DNA of 32,000 nucleotides from Methanothermobacter marburgensis str. Marburg. Its GTDB lineage: Archaea; Methanobacteriota; Methanobacteria; Methanobacteriales; Methanothermobacteraceae. The translations under genes and the position numbers were made by a program. Within the stretch, counting starts at the first letter, position 1, and every line of letters starts with the position of its first letter. This document shows positions 18,846 to 28,605 of this stretch, piece after piece. Below the pieces are notes generated by a model. It was not told the origin of the DNA. It saw only the letters and a program-made list of their open reading frames with translations, and did no database searches. The DNA lies in contig NC_014408.1 of NCBI RefSeq assembly GCF_000145295.1, positions 1,050,001-1,082,000 of the forward strand, written 5' to 3'.

Positions 18846-18853
18846 TTATATAA
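18846..18853 (-). promoter_or_regulatory. TATA box candidate for the antiporter gene (implies a leader of about 90 nt)
   Basis: The minus strand reads AAACTTATATAAAATC. It is the only strong TATA between the MFS stop (18912) and the antiporter start (18727). Confidence 0.45.
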
Positions 18854-18911
18854 GTTTTGCGGTTGCTTCACCTAATGAACCTTCCCCCCATCTTTTCAAT
18901 ACCACCTGCCT

Positions 18912-20069
18912 TTATCTAGAATCCTGCCCCTCCATCCTTTCAATACCAGCTATTACAGCTATGGCAGCCGACTGAGTTACAAGTGAGAAGAGGACAACCG
19001 CGGGTATCCATACACCATAGAGGTAACCCATAAGAAGGCTTCCTGAAAACCAGGCAACCCCGAACACCATGTTGAAAGTCCCGTAGGCTGAGCCCCTCCT
19101 CTCTGGTGGGGAAAACCTTGAGACTGCAGCCCTCATAACAGACTCCTGGGCACCCATACCCACACCCCAGAGTGCGGCGCCAGTAACCGCTGCCAGTGAG
19201 CCGCCAAGGAAGGCTAGGGGGGCATAGAGCATGGATATGAATACTGCGAGGGCCATAACCCTGAAACCATACCTGTCAAAGTACCTTCCGAAGATGAGCG
19301 CTGATACGGCATCTGTAAGCATGGCAAGGGAATAGAGGACAGGAATCATTGAGGGTTCCAGAACCCCGCTCACTCCAAGGTGGTAACCCACAAGTGGAAA
19401 ATCGGCGTAACCGAGGGCTATGAAACATACAGCGAGCATGTAAATCCAGTAGGATCCCCTGAAGGACGTGTAATCGATCCGGGTTGAGGTTTCAAGTTCA
19501 CCTGGACGTGGGAAGAGGAGGTAACCTGCAGTTAGAACTGAGAGTGCCATGATCGCTGGAACTGCAAGGACCAGGAACCCCTCCCTGAACCCTCCACCAA
19601 GTGCCAGGACCAGGAAAACTATGAAAGGTCCTGCAACAGCCCCGATCTGGTCGAGGGCCTCATGTATCCCAAATCCAGTTCCATGACCCATAGTGGAGGA
19701 GGCATATGATAAAATAGCATCCCTGGGTGGTGTCCTGAGGCCCTTACCCACCCTCTCAATTATTATCAGGAGAACCGCCACCTGCCAGTTACCTGCAAAT
19801 GCAAGTAGAGGCACGGCGATCAGGTTGATAATGTAGCCTGCAAATGTTATGAACCAGTACCTCCCGGTTCTATCTGAGACGTACCCTGAAAGGAACCTTA
19901 TGAGGTACCCGGAGAGTTCACCGAACCCTGCCGCGAATCCAACCATGAATGCGCTGGCACCGAGAAAGGCCATGAATGGTCCCGTTATTCCCCTAGCACC
20001 CTCATAGGTCATGTCTGCGAAGAGACTCACAATTCCAAGTATGATTATGAATTTAGTTGCCCTATTCAT
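18912..20069 (-). CDS. Major facilitator superfamily transporter
   Basis: 385 aa with about 12 TM helices and an MFS-like loop motif (SDRTGRYWF) between TM2 and TM3. Confidence 0.75.
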   Translation of the reverse strand: MNRATKFIIILGIVSLFADMTYEGARGITGPFMAFLGASAFMVGFAAGFGELSGYLIRFLSGYVSDRTGRYWFITFAGYIINLIAVPLLAFAGNWQVAVLLIIIERVGKGLRTPPRDAILSYASSTMGHGTGFGIHEALDQIGAVAGPFIVFLVLALGGGFREGFLVLAVPAIMALSVLTAGYLLFPRPGELETSTRIDYTSFRGSYWIYMLAVCFIALGYADFPLVGYHLGVSGVLEPSMIPVLYSLAMLTDAVSALIFGRYFDRYGFRVMALAVFISMLYAPLAFLGGSLAAVTGAALWGVGMGAQESVMRAAVSRFSPPERRGSAYGTFNMVFGVAWFSGSLLMGYLYGVWIPAVVLFSLVTQSAAIAVIAGIERMEGQDSR

Positions 20070-20156
20070 GATAAAGCCCCATCAGAAAAATGAATTTCCC
20101 TCCTCTTCCGAATTTAACTGCTTGTAAATCCTATAACAGAACATGATAATCATCAC

Positions 20157-20621
20157 TCAACGCCCGCTGAAGAGCATATAAACCGCCCTGTAGGTGTACT
20201 CCGGTTCAGATATACCCATATAAAGTGACCTCCTGAACCCTCCATCAGGGTTTCTCAGTTTCAATATAAAGTCCTCCACGTCATATTTCCTTCCCCTGAG
20301 GATCTCATTGAGTCTGAATCCTGCGTAAACCGTCTCAAGGTAGGGTGGATAGGATAGGGGTGTGAAGTTCCACCCACCATCACCCCAGCAGGAATCAGCA
20401 AATTCAAGCACATCCTTCCTGCTGAAACCAACACCATGGGCCTCCAGTATCTCAACTGCAAAGTGTGTGTTTATGATGTCTGACCCGTACCTTCCAAATC
20501 CGCCGTCATCGTTCTGAAGCGAAAGAACCCATTTGGGGACCCCCTCAAGGTATTCGCCATGGAGACGGAGGACCGAATCCATGTAATACGTTATTTCAAG
20601 CTTTGATTTCCTGTAGGACAT
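20157..20621 (-). CDS. Prenyltransferase/squalene-oxidase-repeat (alpha/alpha-toroid) protein, C-terminal part of a gene split by a frameshift
   Basis: Repeats LQNDDGGFGRYG, CWGDGGWNF and LRNPDGGFRRS. The frame is open upstream of its ATG back to 20667 and overlaps the end of ORF 20633..20944. Confidence 0.6.
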   Translation of the reverse strand: MSYRKSKLEITYYMDSVLRLHGEYLEGVPKWVLSLQNDDGGFGRYGSDIINTHFAVEILEAHGVGFSRKDVLEFADSCWGDGGWNFTPLSYPPYLETVYAGFRLNEILRGRKYDVEDFILKLRNPDGGFRRSLYMGISEPEYTYRAVYMLFSGR

Positions 20622-20632
20622 TCTGAGAAGAT

Positions 20633-20944
20633 CTAGAAACCTTTTTTTACCCGGAACTCCCTGCCATAATCAGCCAGCAAACTGCACCTGTAGAAAAGTC
20701 CCTGGGCAGCGAAGCTACCCCTTGAGTGCAGTTCCTCAAGCCAGTCAAGGGTTCTACGGATATCATCTGGGAGAGAATCTATGACCTCCAAGGACTTTAT
20801 GGCGTAATACGTGTTTTTAGAGTCAGGAAGCCCCTCATATAGTGTGTAACCCCCTGATGGGTGTCTCCTCCTGTCAAAAAAGTTAATTATCCCCTCAACT
20901 ATGGGTGATGTCCCCGACATGTTATTCCTCCAGCTCCACAACAA
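20633..20944 (-). CDS. Prenyltransferase/squalene-oxidase-repeat protein, N-terminal part of the split gene
   Basis: Contains repeat RRRHPSGGYTLYEG plus helical hairpin segments. It ends 11 nt before the next ORF's ATG, just after an A7 run (20642-20648). Confidence 0.55.
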   Translation of the reverse strand: MLWSWRNNMSGTSPIVEGIINFFDRRRHPSGGYTLYEGLPDSKNTYYAIKSLEVIDSLPDDIRRTLDWLEELHSRGSFAAQGLFYRCSLLADYGREFRVKKGF

Positions 20945-21015
20945 TCAAATATAAATAATGAACACCGCCATTATATAATAAGTTCCTGTTATTTATCATT
21001 AAATAAATCGTTTCT

Positions 21016-23205
21016 ATGAGGAATACCATGATCCAGTCATGTAGTGAATGTAAGGGTAAGGGTTACCGTGTTAAAAGTTACAAAATATGCAGCGCATGCC
21101 ATGGGACAGGCTACCAATCAACAGAGGATATTAAGGACCACTTCAAGGGTGTGTCAAACACTGCAAGGCAGAGATTCGACCTTGAGGAGGCCCATGACGT
21201 GCCCTGCGAGGTATGCAGGGGAAAGGGTGAGGTCGAGGTGAGGGAACCCTGCCCCGCCTGTGGGGGTAAGGGTGAGGTTAACATATGCCCCTCATGTGGA
21301 AAGAGGATAAGTGGCAGGGACGAGTACTGCCCTGACTGCCAGAAGAAGGAACACGTCTACGTCCTCCACCCTGCATGCACCATCGACGACCTTGAGGTCG
21401 GAAGCGTATACAGGGGGAAGATAACGAGGATAGAAAAATATGGCGTATTTGTGAGCCTCAACAGCCATGTCTGGGGGCTCATGAGGGGCCTGTTCCCTGA
21501 CCACAGGATCGGTGACGAAATATTCGTCAGGGTATCCCATGTGAAGCCCTATAAGGGCGAGGTTGACATGATACCCGCCAGTATAAAGGGACCATATGAG
21601 ATCGTTAAATTAAAAAAGGACCTCCCAAGGACAAGAATAGCTGATATAGACACCAAGAGTCTTGGTAAAACAGTGAGAATAGTGGGTGAGGTCATACAGA
21701 TACAGCAGACCTCAGGACCAACAATATTCACAATCTCAGATGAGACAGGGACAACCTGGGCAGCGGCCTTTGATGAGCCAGGCATAAGGGTCTACCCCCA
21801 CATCCAGATAGGACACATAGTTGAGGTTATAGGTGAGGTTAACCAGCACACCGGTAAGATCCAGATAGAATCAGAGTCCATTGAACGCCTCATAGGAAAG
21901 GATGCTGCTGAGGCAAGGAGGCTCATCGATGAGGCAATTGACAGGAGGGCAGAACCTAAGAGGAAGGACCTCCTCATAGAAAGCGAAACCCTTGAAAAAC
22001 TGAGGCCAAAACTCATTGAAGCAGCCAAGGCCATAAGAAGGGCAATATACGATGGAAGATCCATACTGGTAAGGCACCATGCAGACGCCGATGGTATATG
22101 TGCAGGTGTGGCCATAGAAAAGGCAGTTGTGCCCCTGCTGAGGGAACTGAACCCGAGCACAGATGCAGAGTGGCACTACTTCAAGAGGGCCCCAAGTAAG
22201 GCCCCGTTCTATGAACTGGAGGACGTGGTGAAGGACCTTTCCTATGCACTTGAGGACCTGGAAAGGCACGGGCAGAAACTCCCCCTCCTTGTGCTCCTTG
22301 ACAACGGGTCGACAGAGGAGGACATACTCGCCCTCATGAAGGCAAAGATCTATGACATCGAAATAGTGGTCGTGGACCACCACTACCCGGGTGAGGTCAC
22401 CGATGGAAGGGTGGAGGTTGATGAATACGTTGACGTGCACGTGAACCCATACCTGGTGGGTGGGGACTCCCAGATAACGGCTGGTGCCCTTTCAGTGGAG
22501 ATAGCCAAGATGATAAACCCTGAGATCACCGAGAGGATCCTGCACCTCCCCGGCATTGCTGCTGTGGGGGACCATGCAAACTCCCCTGAAGCCGAAGGTT
22601 ACATTGAACTCGCAGGTGAGCGGGGCTATGAACGGGAGGAGCTTGAAAAAATAGCCGCCTGTGTTGACTTTGAGGCTTTTTACCTCCGATTCATGAATGG
22701 AAGGGGCATAATAGACACCATCCTTGGTCTTGGAAATCTTGATAAGCACAAAAAACTGGTGGACGCCCTCTACAGGGAATACGAGAGAAAGGTTGATACC
22801 CAGCTCCGGGCCGCGATACCCAACCTCAAATCCACGATGCTCCCCAATGGTATACTCTTCAATGTCCTTGACGTTGAGAAGTACTCACACCGCTTCACCT
22901 TCCCTGCCCCCGGCAAGACCTGCGGCTTCGTCCATGACTACATGGTCCAGAAGCACGGCGAGGAGACACCAATAATCACCCTTGCCTATGGACCGGACTT
23001 CGGGGTTATAAGGGCAACCGATGCTGTGAATGAGAAATTCGGGTTCAACCTCAACGAGATAGTCTGGGAACTGGCAGAGGAGATTCCTGAGGCGGTGATC
23101 GATGGGGGTGGACATGAATGCGCAGGGTCACTCAAGTACATTGAGGGCCTCTCAAAGAAGGTTTTATCAGCCTTTGCAGAGAAGGTGGCATCCCTCAGGG
23201 AATAA
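21016..23205 (+). CDS. RecJ-like DHH/DHHA1 phosphoesterase with N-terminal DnaJ-type zinc finger, zinc ribbon, S1 and OB-fold domains
   Basis: Four CxxCxGxG repeats (CSECKGKG, CSACHGTG, CEVCRGKG, CPACGGKG) plus CPSC...CPDC. S1-like VGSVYRGKITRIEKYGVFVSL. OB-like GKTVRIVGEVIQIQQTSGPTIFTISDETG. DHH motifs ILVRHHADADGICAG, LDNG, VVVDHH. DHHA1-like GGGHECAGS at the C-terminus. Confidence 0.7.
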   Translation: MRNTMIQSCSECKGKGYRVKSYKICSACHGTGYQSTEDIKDHFKGVSNTARQRFDLEEAHDVPCEVCRGKGEVEVREPCPACGGKGEVNICPSCGKRISGRDEYCPDCQKKEHVYVLHPACTIDDLEVGSVYRGKITRIEKYGVFVSLNSHVWGLMRGLFPDHRIGDEIFVRVSHVKPYKGEVDMIPASIKGPYEIVKLKKDLPRTRIADIDTKSLGKTVRIVGEVIQIQQTSGPTIFTISDETGTTWAAAFDEPGIRVYPHIQIGHIVEVIGEVNQHTGKIQIESESIERLIGKDAAEARRLIDEAIDRRAEPKRKDLLIESETLEKLRPKLIEAAKAIRRAIYDGRSILVRHHADADGICAGVAIEKAVVPLLRELNPSTDAEWHYFKRAPSKAPFYELEDVVKDLSYALEDLERHGQKLPLLVLLDNGSTEEDILALMKAKIYDIEIVVVDHHYPGEVTDGRVEVDEYVDVHVNPYLVGGDSQITAGALSVEIAKMINPEITERILHLPGIAAVGDHANSPEAEGYIELAGERGYEREELEKIAACVDFEAFYLRFMNGRGIIDTILGLGNLDKHKKLVDALYREYERKVDTQLRAAIPNLKSTMLPNGILFNVLDVEKYSHRFTFPAPGKTCGFVHDYMVQKHGEETPIITLAYGPDFGVIRATDAVNEKFGFNLNEIVWELAEEIPEAVIDGGGHECAGSLKYIEGLSKKVLSAFAEKVASLRE

Positions 23206-23231
23206 AAAATCAATTAAATTGATATTTTTTT
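23204..23231. terminator. Bidirectional terminator candidate between the convergent recJ-like and nth genes
   Basis: AAAAAATCAATTAAATTGATATTTTTTT. An ATCAA/TTGAT stem is flanked by A6 on one side and T7 on the other, starting within the recJ-like stop codon (TAA 23203-23205). Confidence 0.5.
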
Positions 23232-23357
23232 CCTGTGACGCTCTGAGAAACTAGACTTCTAGATTTTAATTTTGAATAGATTGACTCTAATCTTATTTTA
23301 ATTAATCAAGTATCCCCTCATGAATGCCTGAAAAAAGTAAATATTAACTCCTAAACA

Positions 23358-24005
23358 TCAGGTTTTTTCCCTTTCGTCCATCAAGCTCTTATAGTAGTCG
23401 CATTCATCTGCAATGGGACATTCCTCATGCCTCGGACCCACTGGCCTGCATATGTCCTGTCCGAACTGGACCATGAGGTCATTGAGTTCTATCCAGTATT
23501 TCCTGGGTATGACCTCCATGAGGACCCTCTCGGTCTCCTCAGGTGTCCTGGTGTTCACAAGGCCTATTCTGTTTGATATCCTGTGGACATGTGTATCAAC
23601 AGGGACCACTGGCTTATTGAATGCATATACAAGTACACAGTTTGCTGTTTTCCTCCCAACACCTGGAAGTTTAAGGAGTTCATCAATGTCATCAGGGACC
23701 CTCCCCCCGTATTCCTCAAGGAGAATCCGCGAAACCTCCCTGATCCTCCGTGCCTTGACGTGATAGAAGCCAGCCTTCCTTACAAGCTGCTCCAATTTCT
23801 CAACCGGTGCATATGCAACGTCCTCCATGGTGGGGTACTCAGAGAACAGCCTGGCGGTTGCCTCATCGGTGTTCTCGTCCCGGGTCCTCTGGGAGAGTAT
23901 TGTTCTTATGAGGACACGGTAGGGGTCCCTGTCCTCAAAGACCCTGAGGGAGTAGAGGCTCCTAAGACCCTCCATTATCCTGTCAATATCCCTGATGGAT
24001 ACCAC
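23358..24005 (-). CDS. nth: Endonuclease III (DNA-(apurinic/apyrimidinic site) lyase / glycosylase)
   Basis: [11 protein letters not shown], Hh[21 protein letters not shown], catalytic [13 protein letters not shown], and a C-terminal Cys cluster [17 protein letters not shown]. Confidence 0.85.
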   Translation of the reverse strand: MVSIRDIDRIMEGLRSLYSLRVFEDRDPYRVLIRTILSQRTRDENTDEATARLFSEYPTMEDVAYAPVEKLEQLVRKAGFYHVKARRIREVSRILLEEYGGRVPDDIDELLKLPGVGRKTANCVLVYAFNKPVVPVDTHVHRISNRIGLVNTRTPEETERVLMEVIPRKYWIELNDLMVQFGQDICRPVGPRHEECPIADECDYYKSLMDEREKT

Positions 24006-24017
24006 CGGAAAAAAGAA

Positions 24018-24482
24018 TCAGTTAAGTTTCTGGAGCAGAAGCTGAAGACCGTCCATCAGCCCCTCACCCTCGGTTGCAATGGTGGGCAGAACATCCACAT
24101 CCCTGTCAATCTCAAGTTCAGAATCATCAAGGTCCTGTTTATTTGAGAACACAACGTATGGGATGTTTTTCTCCTCAAGTTCTGCCATTATCTCCTTCTC
24201 AGCCAGGGTTACCCCCCTTGAGTTATCCACCACTATTATGGCGGCATCAAGGCCATTGGAGATGATCTCAAGCATGAACTTGAACCTCTCGTGGCCGGGT
24301 GTTGCAAAGAGGTGTATCTTCTCACCGTTAACGATGCAGTTACCATAATCCAGTGCCAGTGTTGTGCCCTTGTACTCAACCTTTGTTATCTTATCACAGA
24401 GCTGCTCAAGGGTGGTTGTTTTACCGGTATCATAATCCCCGAAGATTACAACCTTTGTCTCCTTATTTTTCATTATAATCAA
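24018..24482 (-). CDS. Small Ras-like/MglA-type GTP-binding protein (COG2229-like)
   Basis: P-loop GDYDTGKTT, switch II-like ATPGHERF, and NKQD specificity motif. The start may be ATG 24473, because an ACTATAAAT TATA box lies about 25 nt upstream, suggesting a leaderless mRNA. Confidence 0.65.
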   Translation of the reverse strand: MIIMKNKETKVVIFGDYDTGKTTTLEQLCDKITKVEYKGTTLALDYGNCIVNGEKIHLFATPGHERFKFMLEIISNGLDAAIIVVDNSRGVTLAEKEIMAELEEKNIPYVVFSNKQDLDDSELEIDRDVDVLPTIATEGEGLMDGLQLLLQKLN

Positions 24483-24554
24483 CTCACACTCATTTATAGT
24501 TAAGTATAATGTCTGAATGCTGTGTCCCTATTTTATGTACCATATTTTATATAT

Positions 24555-25820
24555 TTAATGCTGTGGGAGGTTTATTCGACACCCAATTGACCTCATCCTC
24601 TCTGGAAAATCAGGGAACGAAACACTGAAGACCTCACCATCCATTATTGTTATACCCTCCCTGAGACCTATGAGGGTGAATGCCATTGCAAGTCTGTGGT
24701 CGCCGTGGGATGAGACCACTCCACCCCTCACACCACCCTCAATGACCATGCCGTCCCGCAGCTCCTTAACATCCACTCCCAGTTTTCCAAGTTCAGTGGC
24801 GCATGTCCTTATCCTGTCTGTTTCCTTGTACCTTGCATGTTCAACCCCCCTTATCTCGGTTCGTCCATCTGCAAGGGCCCCAAGGACCGCTACAGTTGGG
24901 AGGAGGTCCGGGGCGTCATGGAGGTCCGCCTGGACACCTGAAAGTTCCCCTGTGGATGATACAACCACGTGGTTATCTCCCACCACAACATCGGCCCCCA
25001 TCTCACTGATTATGTCAAGTATGATACGGTCGCCCTGCCTGGAATCCCTGAAGAGGTTCTCGATTCTGACCTCCCCGCCTGCAACTGCAACTGCCCCTGC
25101 AAGGTAGGATGCAGAGGAGTAGTCACCCTCAACCGTGTACGTCCTTCCCCTGTACCTGGATGGTTCAACAGAGAATACCCCATCAGAGTATTCCACCGGG
25201 ACAGAGAATTTCTCCATCACATCAAGGGTCATGTCAACGTAGGGCCTTGATATGAACTCCCCCTCAACCTTCAGGTCAACGCCCTCTGAGAGGGGTGCTG
25301 CTATGAGGATCGAGGATATGAACTGTGAACTTAGACTCCCCTCTATTGATGTCTCACCGCCCCTGAATCCTCCCTTTATAATAACAGGTGGGAGGCCGTT
25401 CATCCTTGAGGATACTGCCTCAACACCCAGTGGTTTGAGGGCGTCCAGGAGGGGCTGCATGGGTCTTGTCCTGAGGGACTCATCACCGGTGAGTACAGTG
25501 TAGTTCTCTGCAAGGCCAGCCACCGAGGTCATGATGCGCAGTGTTGTCCCTGAATTTCCAAGGTATACAACATCGTCGGGTGTTTCAAGTTCACCCCCGC
25601 TTCCGGTGACGGACCATTTCTCATTGCCCTCTATGTCAACCCCGAATGCCCGGCAGGCCTCCACTGAGGAGAGGGTGTCCTCTGCCACAAGGGGGTCCCT
25701 GATCTCTGATATGCCATCTGCAAGAGCCGCCACTATGACTGCCCTGTGGGTGTAACTCTTGGATGGTGGGGCTTTGACTGTCCCTGAAAGTTCAGGTGAA
25801 ACATCAACTTTAAGTTCCAT
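24555..25820 (-). CDS. aroA: 3-phosphoshikimate 1-carboxyvinyltransferase (EPSP synthase)
   Basis: PPSKSYTHRA, LGNSGTTLR and KETDRI motifs in 421 aa. GAGGTG SD 6 nt upstream of the ATG. Confidence 0.9.
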   Translation of the reverse strand: MELKVDVSPELSGTVKAPPSKSYTHRAVIVAALADGISEIRDPLVAEDTLSSVEACRAFGVDIEGNEKWSVTGSGGELETPDDVVYLGNSGTTLRIMTSVAGLAENYTVLTGDESLRTRPMQPLLDALKPLGVEAVSSRMNGLPPVIIKGGFRGGETSIEGSLSSQFISSILIAAPLSEGVDLKVEGEFISRPYVDMTLDVMEKFSVPVEYSDGVFSVEPSRYRGRTYTVEGDYSSASYLAGAVAVAGGEVRIENLFRDSRQGDRIILDIISEMGADVVVGDNHVVVSSTGELSGVQADLHDAPDLLPTVAVLGALADGRTEIRGVEHARYKETDRIRTCATELGKLGVDVKELRDGMVIEGGVRGGVVSSHGDHRLAMAFTLIGLREGITIMDGEVFSVSFPDFPERMRSIGCRINLPQH

Positions 25821-25838
25821 TGAAACACCTCGAGGGGA

Positions 25839-28469
25839 TCATCGCACGATTTCTATTATGATCTCAGGTTCATCCATGTTGAGCACATCGACCCTTTCGC
25901 CGGCTGTTCCCACAACCTCCTTTCTGAAGCTTATGTATTCAGCTGTGAGTCTTCTTCCAGCAACCTCTATTTCCCCATTCTCCTGGAGTTCATCGTAGAC
26001 ATCCTGGGGGTCAGATCCCTGGAGATGGGAGATTATGGCCGGGGCGTCTCCCCTGAACTCGGGCCCTATCCTGTCCATTCTCGGTTCAAGTTCCACGACC
26101 CTCTCTGTTATTTCAGGTTCACCCGTCTCAAGGCCCACCTCAGATATATTCATTGTCCCTGCTATGTCCTGGAGGAATGGTTCTAGCATTGCCGCTGAAT
26201 CCTCATCCGTGTATATGGTGGCTGATCGGAGGGGTGCGTTGAGGGGCATCTTTGATGATGACTTGAACCTCCTGATTTCACCTATAACCTCAACTGAAAT
26301 GTCACCCATCCTCTCGATCTCAGGGTCAACCAGCTCAGGTCGGTACTCTGGCCAGCCTTTCACATGTATTGATCCCTCACCGATGTGCTGGTGAACCTCC
26401 TCTGTGAAGTGGGGTGTCACCGGGGCAAGGAGCCTGAGGCATGTCTCGAGAACCATCCTGAGGGTGGTCTGGGCTGCCACCCTTGAGGCCCCATCCCCCT
26501 CTGAGTACAGGCGGTACTTGACAGCCTCGATGTACTCGTCACAGAAGTCATGCCAGACGAACTTCTGGATCCTCCCCACCGCTGCTGCGAAGTTGTACTC
26601 CTCCAGACTCTCTGTAACGTCCCTCACCAGGTTCATGAGCCTGGAGAGTATCCAGCGGTCAAGCGGTCTGAATTCCGCCTCCCTGTCATCTCCCAGGTGG
26701 ATGCTTATGAATCTGAATGCATTCCAGAATTTCCTCAGGAACTTGTAGCCGTACTTCACGTCCTTCCAGGCAAATGGAACGTCTGACCCTGGCACACTCC
26801 CTGCGGCCCAGAGCCTCAGTGCATCGGCACCGTAGTCCTCAAGGACCTCCTCAGGTGCTATAACATTTCCCCGGGACTTGCTCATCTTGTGTCCGTCCTC
26901 CCCGAAGACCATCCCGTTTATCACTATCTCACTGAAGGGTTTCTCACCGGTGAGTGCCATGCATCTCAGTATGGTGTAGAATGCCCAGGTACGGATTATG
27001 TCGTGTCCCTGTGGCCTCAGATTTGCGGGGAAGAGGTCCCTGTAGGATTCATCTGGCCATCCTGCAACCGAGAGAGGGGATATTGAACTGTCCATCCAGG
27101 TGTCCAGGACATCCTCCTCCCCAATGAATTCTGTGCTTCCGCATTCACATTTTATCCCTGGATCGTCCCTTGTTGGGTCAACTGGCAGCATATCCTCATC
27201 TGCAACGTGGACCCTTCCGCATTCCTTACAGTACCACACTGGTATGGGTGTTGCGAATATCCTCTGCCTTGATATGCACCAGTCCCAGTCCATGGACCCT
27301 GTCCAGTTGAGGAGCCTCGTCTTCATGTGTTCGGGCACCCATTCCATTTCCTCAGCAGCCCTTCTAACATCGGGTATGAGTTTCTTTACCGCCACAAACC
27401 ACTGCTTCTTGACCAGGATCTCTATCGGTGTCTTGCACCTCCAGCAGGTGCCCACGTTCTGCTTTACAGGCTCCTTTCTCAGGAGGAAGCCCTCCCTTTC
27501 AAGGTCCTCAACTATCTGTTCCTTGCACTCCCTTATGGTAAGACCCTTATATTTGCCTGCGGCCTCTGTCATATATCCCCTTTCATCTATCGCCTCTATA
27601 ATGTCAAGGTTATGGCGGTTGACCCAGGTAACGTCCGTCTTGTCCCCGAAGGTACATATCATGACAGCACCGGTACCGAATTCAGGGTCAACATCAGGGT
27701 CCTTTATCAGTTTAACCTTCTGGCCGAAGAGGGGTACCTCTATCTCCTTACCCTCAAATTCACTGAATCTATCATCATCAGGGTGCACAGCCACAGCCAC
27801 GCAGGCTGCCATGAGCTCCGGCCTTGTTGTGGCTATCTCTATATCTTCACCACCATCGACAGGGAACCTCACATAGTTGAGGTTTGTCTCGTTCTCAACG
27901 TATTCGACCTCTGCAAAGGCTATCGCAGTCTCACACCTGGGGCACCAGTTGACCGGGTGCACACCCTGGTATATGAGGCCGTCCTCATACATGCGGAGGA
28001 ATGAGAGCTGGGTTCTTCTCATGTACTCAGGGGTCATGGTCACGAATTCGTGGCTCCAGTCCTGGCTGAAGCCAAGGCGCTGCATCTGCTCCTTCATCAT
28101 CTTTATGTTTTCCTGTGTGAGTTCCACACAGAGGCGCCTGAATTCCTCACGTGACACGTCACTCTTCTTTATGTTGTGGGTCTCCTCAACCTTGACCTCC
28201 GTTGGGAGACCATGACAGTCCCAGCCCTGGGGGAAGAGGACATCGAATCCCCTCATCCTCCTGAACCTTGCTATTATGTCCATGTAGACCCAGTTGAGTA
28301 CGTGGCCCATGTGTATGGATCCTGTTGGGTATGGTGGTGGCGTGTCTATGATGTACCTGGGCTTTGTCCCTGACCCTATGAAGCGGTATATGTCATCTTC
28401 CTGCCATTTTTTCTGCCATTTAACCTCGTTTTTATGGTTGTAATCCTTTGGGATCTGGTTATCGGTCAT
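25839..28469 (-). CDS. valS: Valine--tRNA ligase
   Basis: Class I HIGH-type [18 protein letters not shown] ([11 protein letters not shown]), and an editing-domain signature [20 protein letters not shown] typical of ValRS. About 876 aa from ATG 28469; the track ORF extends to 28535, but [10 protein letters not shown] is the plausible N-terminus. Confidence 0.85.
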   Translation of the reverse strand: MTDNQIPKDYNHKNEVKWQKKWQEDDIYRFIGSGTKPRYIIDTPPPYPTGSIHMGHVLNWVYMDIIARFRRMRGFDVLFPQGWDCHGLPTEVKVEETHNIKKSDVSREEFRRLCVELTQENIKMMKEQMQRLGFSQDWSHEFVTMTPEYMRRTQLSFLRMYEDGLIYQGVHPVNWCPRCETAIAFAEVEYVENETNLNYVRFPVDGGEDIEIATTRPELMAACVAVAVHPDDDRFSEFEGKEIEVPLFGQKVKLIKDPDVDPEFGTGAVMICTFGDKTDVTWVNRHNLDIIEAIDERGYMTEAAGKYKGLTIRECKEQIVEDLEREGFLLRKEPVKQNVGTCWRCKTPIEILVKKQWFVAVKKLIPDVRRAAEEMEWVPEHMKTRLLNWTGSMDWDWCISRQRIFATPIPVWYCKECGRVHVADEDMLPVDPTRDDPGIKCECGSTEFIGEEDVLDTWMDSSISPLSVAGWPDESYRDLFPANLRPQGHDIIRTWAFYTILRCMALTGEKPFSEIVINGMVFGEDGHKMSKSRGNVIAPEEVLEDYGADALRLWAAGSVPGSDVPFAWKDVKYGYKFLRKFWNAFRFISIHLGDDREAEFRPLDRWILSRLMNLVRDVTESLEEYNFAAAVGRIQKFVWHDFCDEYIEAVKYRLYSEGDGASRVAAQTTLRMVLETCLRLLAPVTPHFTEEVHQHIGEGSIHVKGWPEYRPELVDPEIERMGDISVEVIGEIRRFKSSSKMPLNAPLRSATIYTDEDSAAMLEPFLQDIAGTMNISEVGLETGEPEITERVVELEPRMDRIGPEFRGDAPAIISHLQGSDPQDVYDELQENGEIEVAGRRLTAEYISFRKEVVGTAGERVDVLNMDEPEIIIEIVR

Positions 28470-28534
28470 CTTATTCTCTCCCTGATAGAAGCTGTGAAGT
28501 GCTGGAAAAGTTATATGATAATATTCACTACCCA

Positions 28535-28548
28535 ATCTTTATAAAGAT
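28535..28548. promoter_or_regulatory. Palindromic TATA element shared by divergent valS and the membrane-protein gene
   Basis: ATCTTTATAAAGAT is a perfect 14-bp palindrome that contains TTTATAAA readable on both strands. It lies 66 nt from the valS ATG and 58 nt from ATG 28606. Confidence 0.4.
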
Positions 28549-28605
28549 GTTTGAATACTCTAACTTTGTGAAGAAATAAAAGGAGAGCAAGTTCTCATAT
28601 GGTGA

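Noticed and set aside
23232-23357. An AT-rich 125-bp convergent spacer has repeated TAGATT / TTTTAATT words and weak C/D-box-like strings (TGTGACG...CTGA, TGAATGC CTGA).
   Set aside because: There is no proper RUGAUGA C box and no terminal-stem complementarity. The repeats are short, low-complexity AT words expected in terminator spacers. The T6 at 23326-23331 (minus strand) adequately explains the region as the nth terminator.
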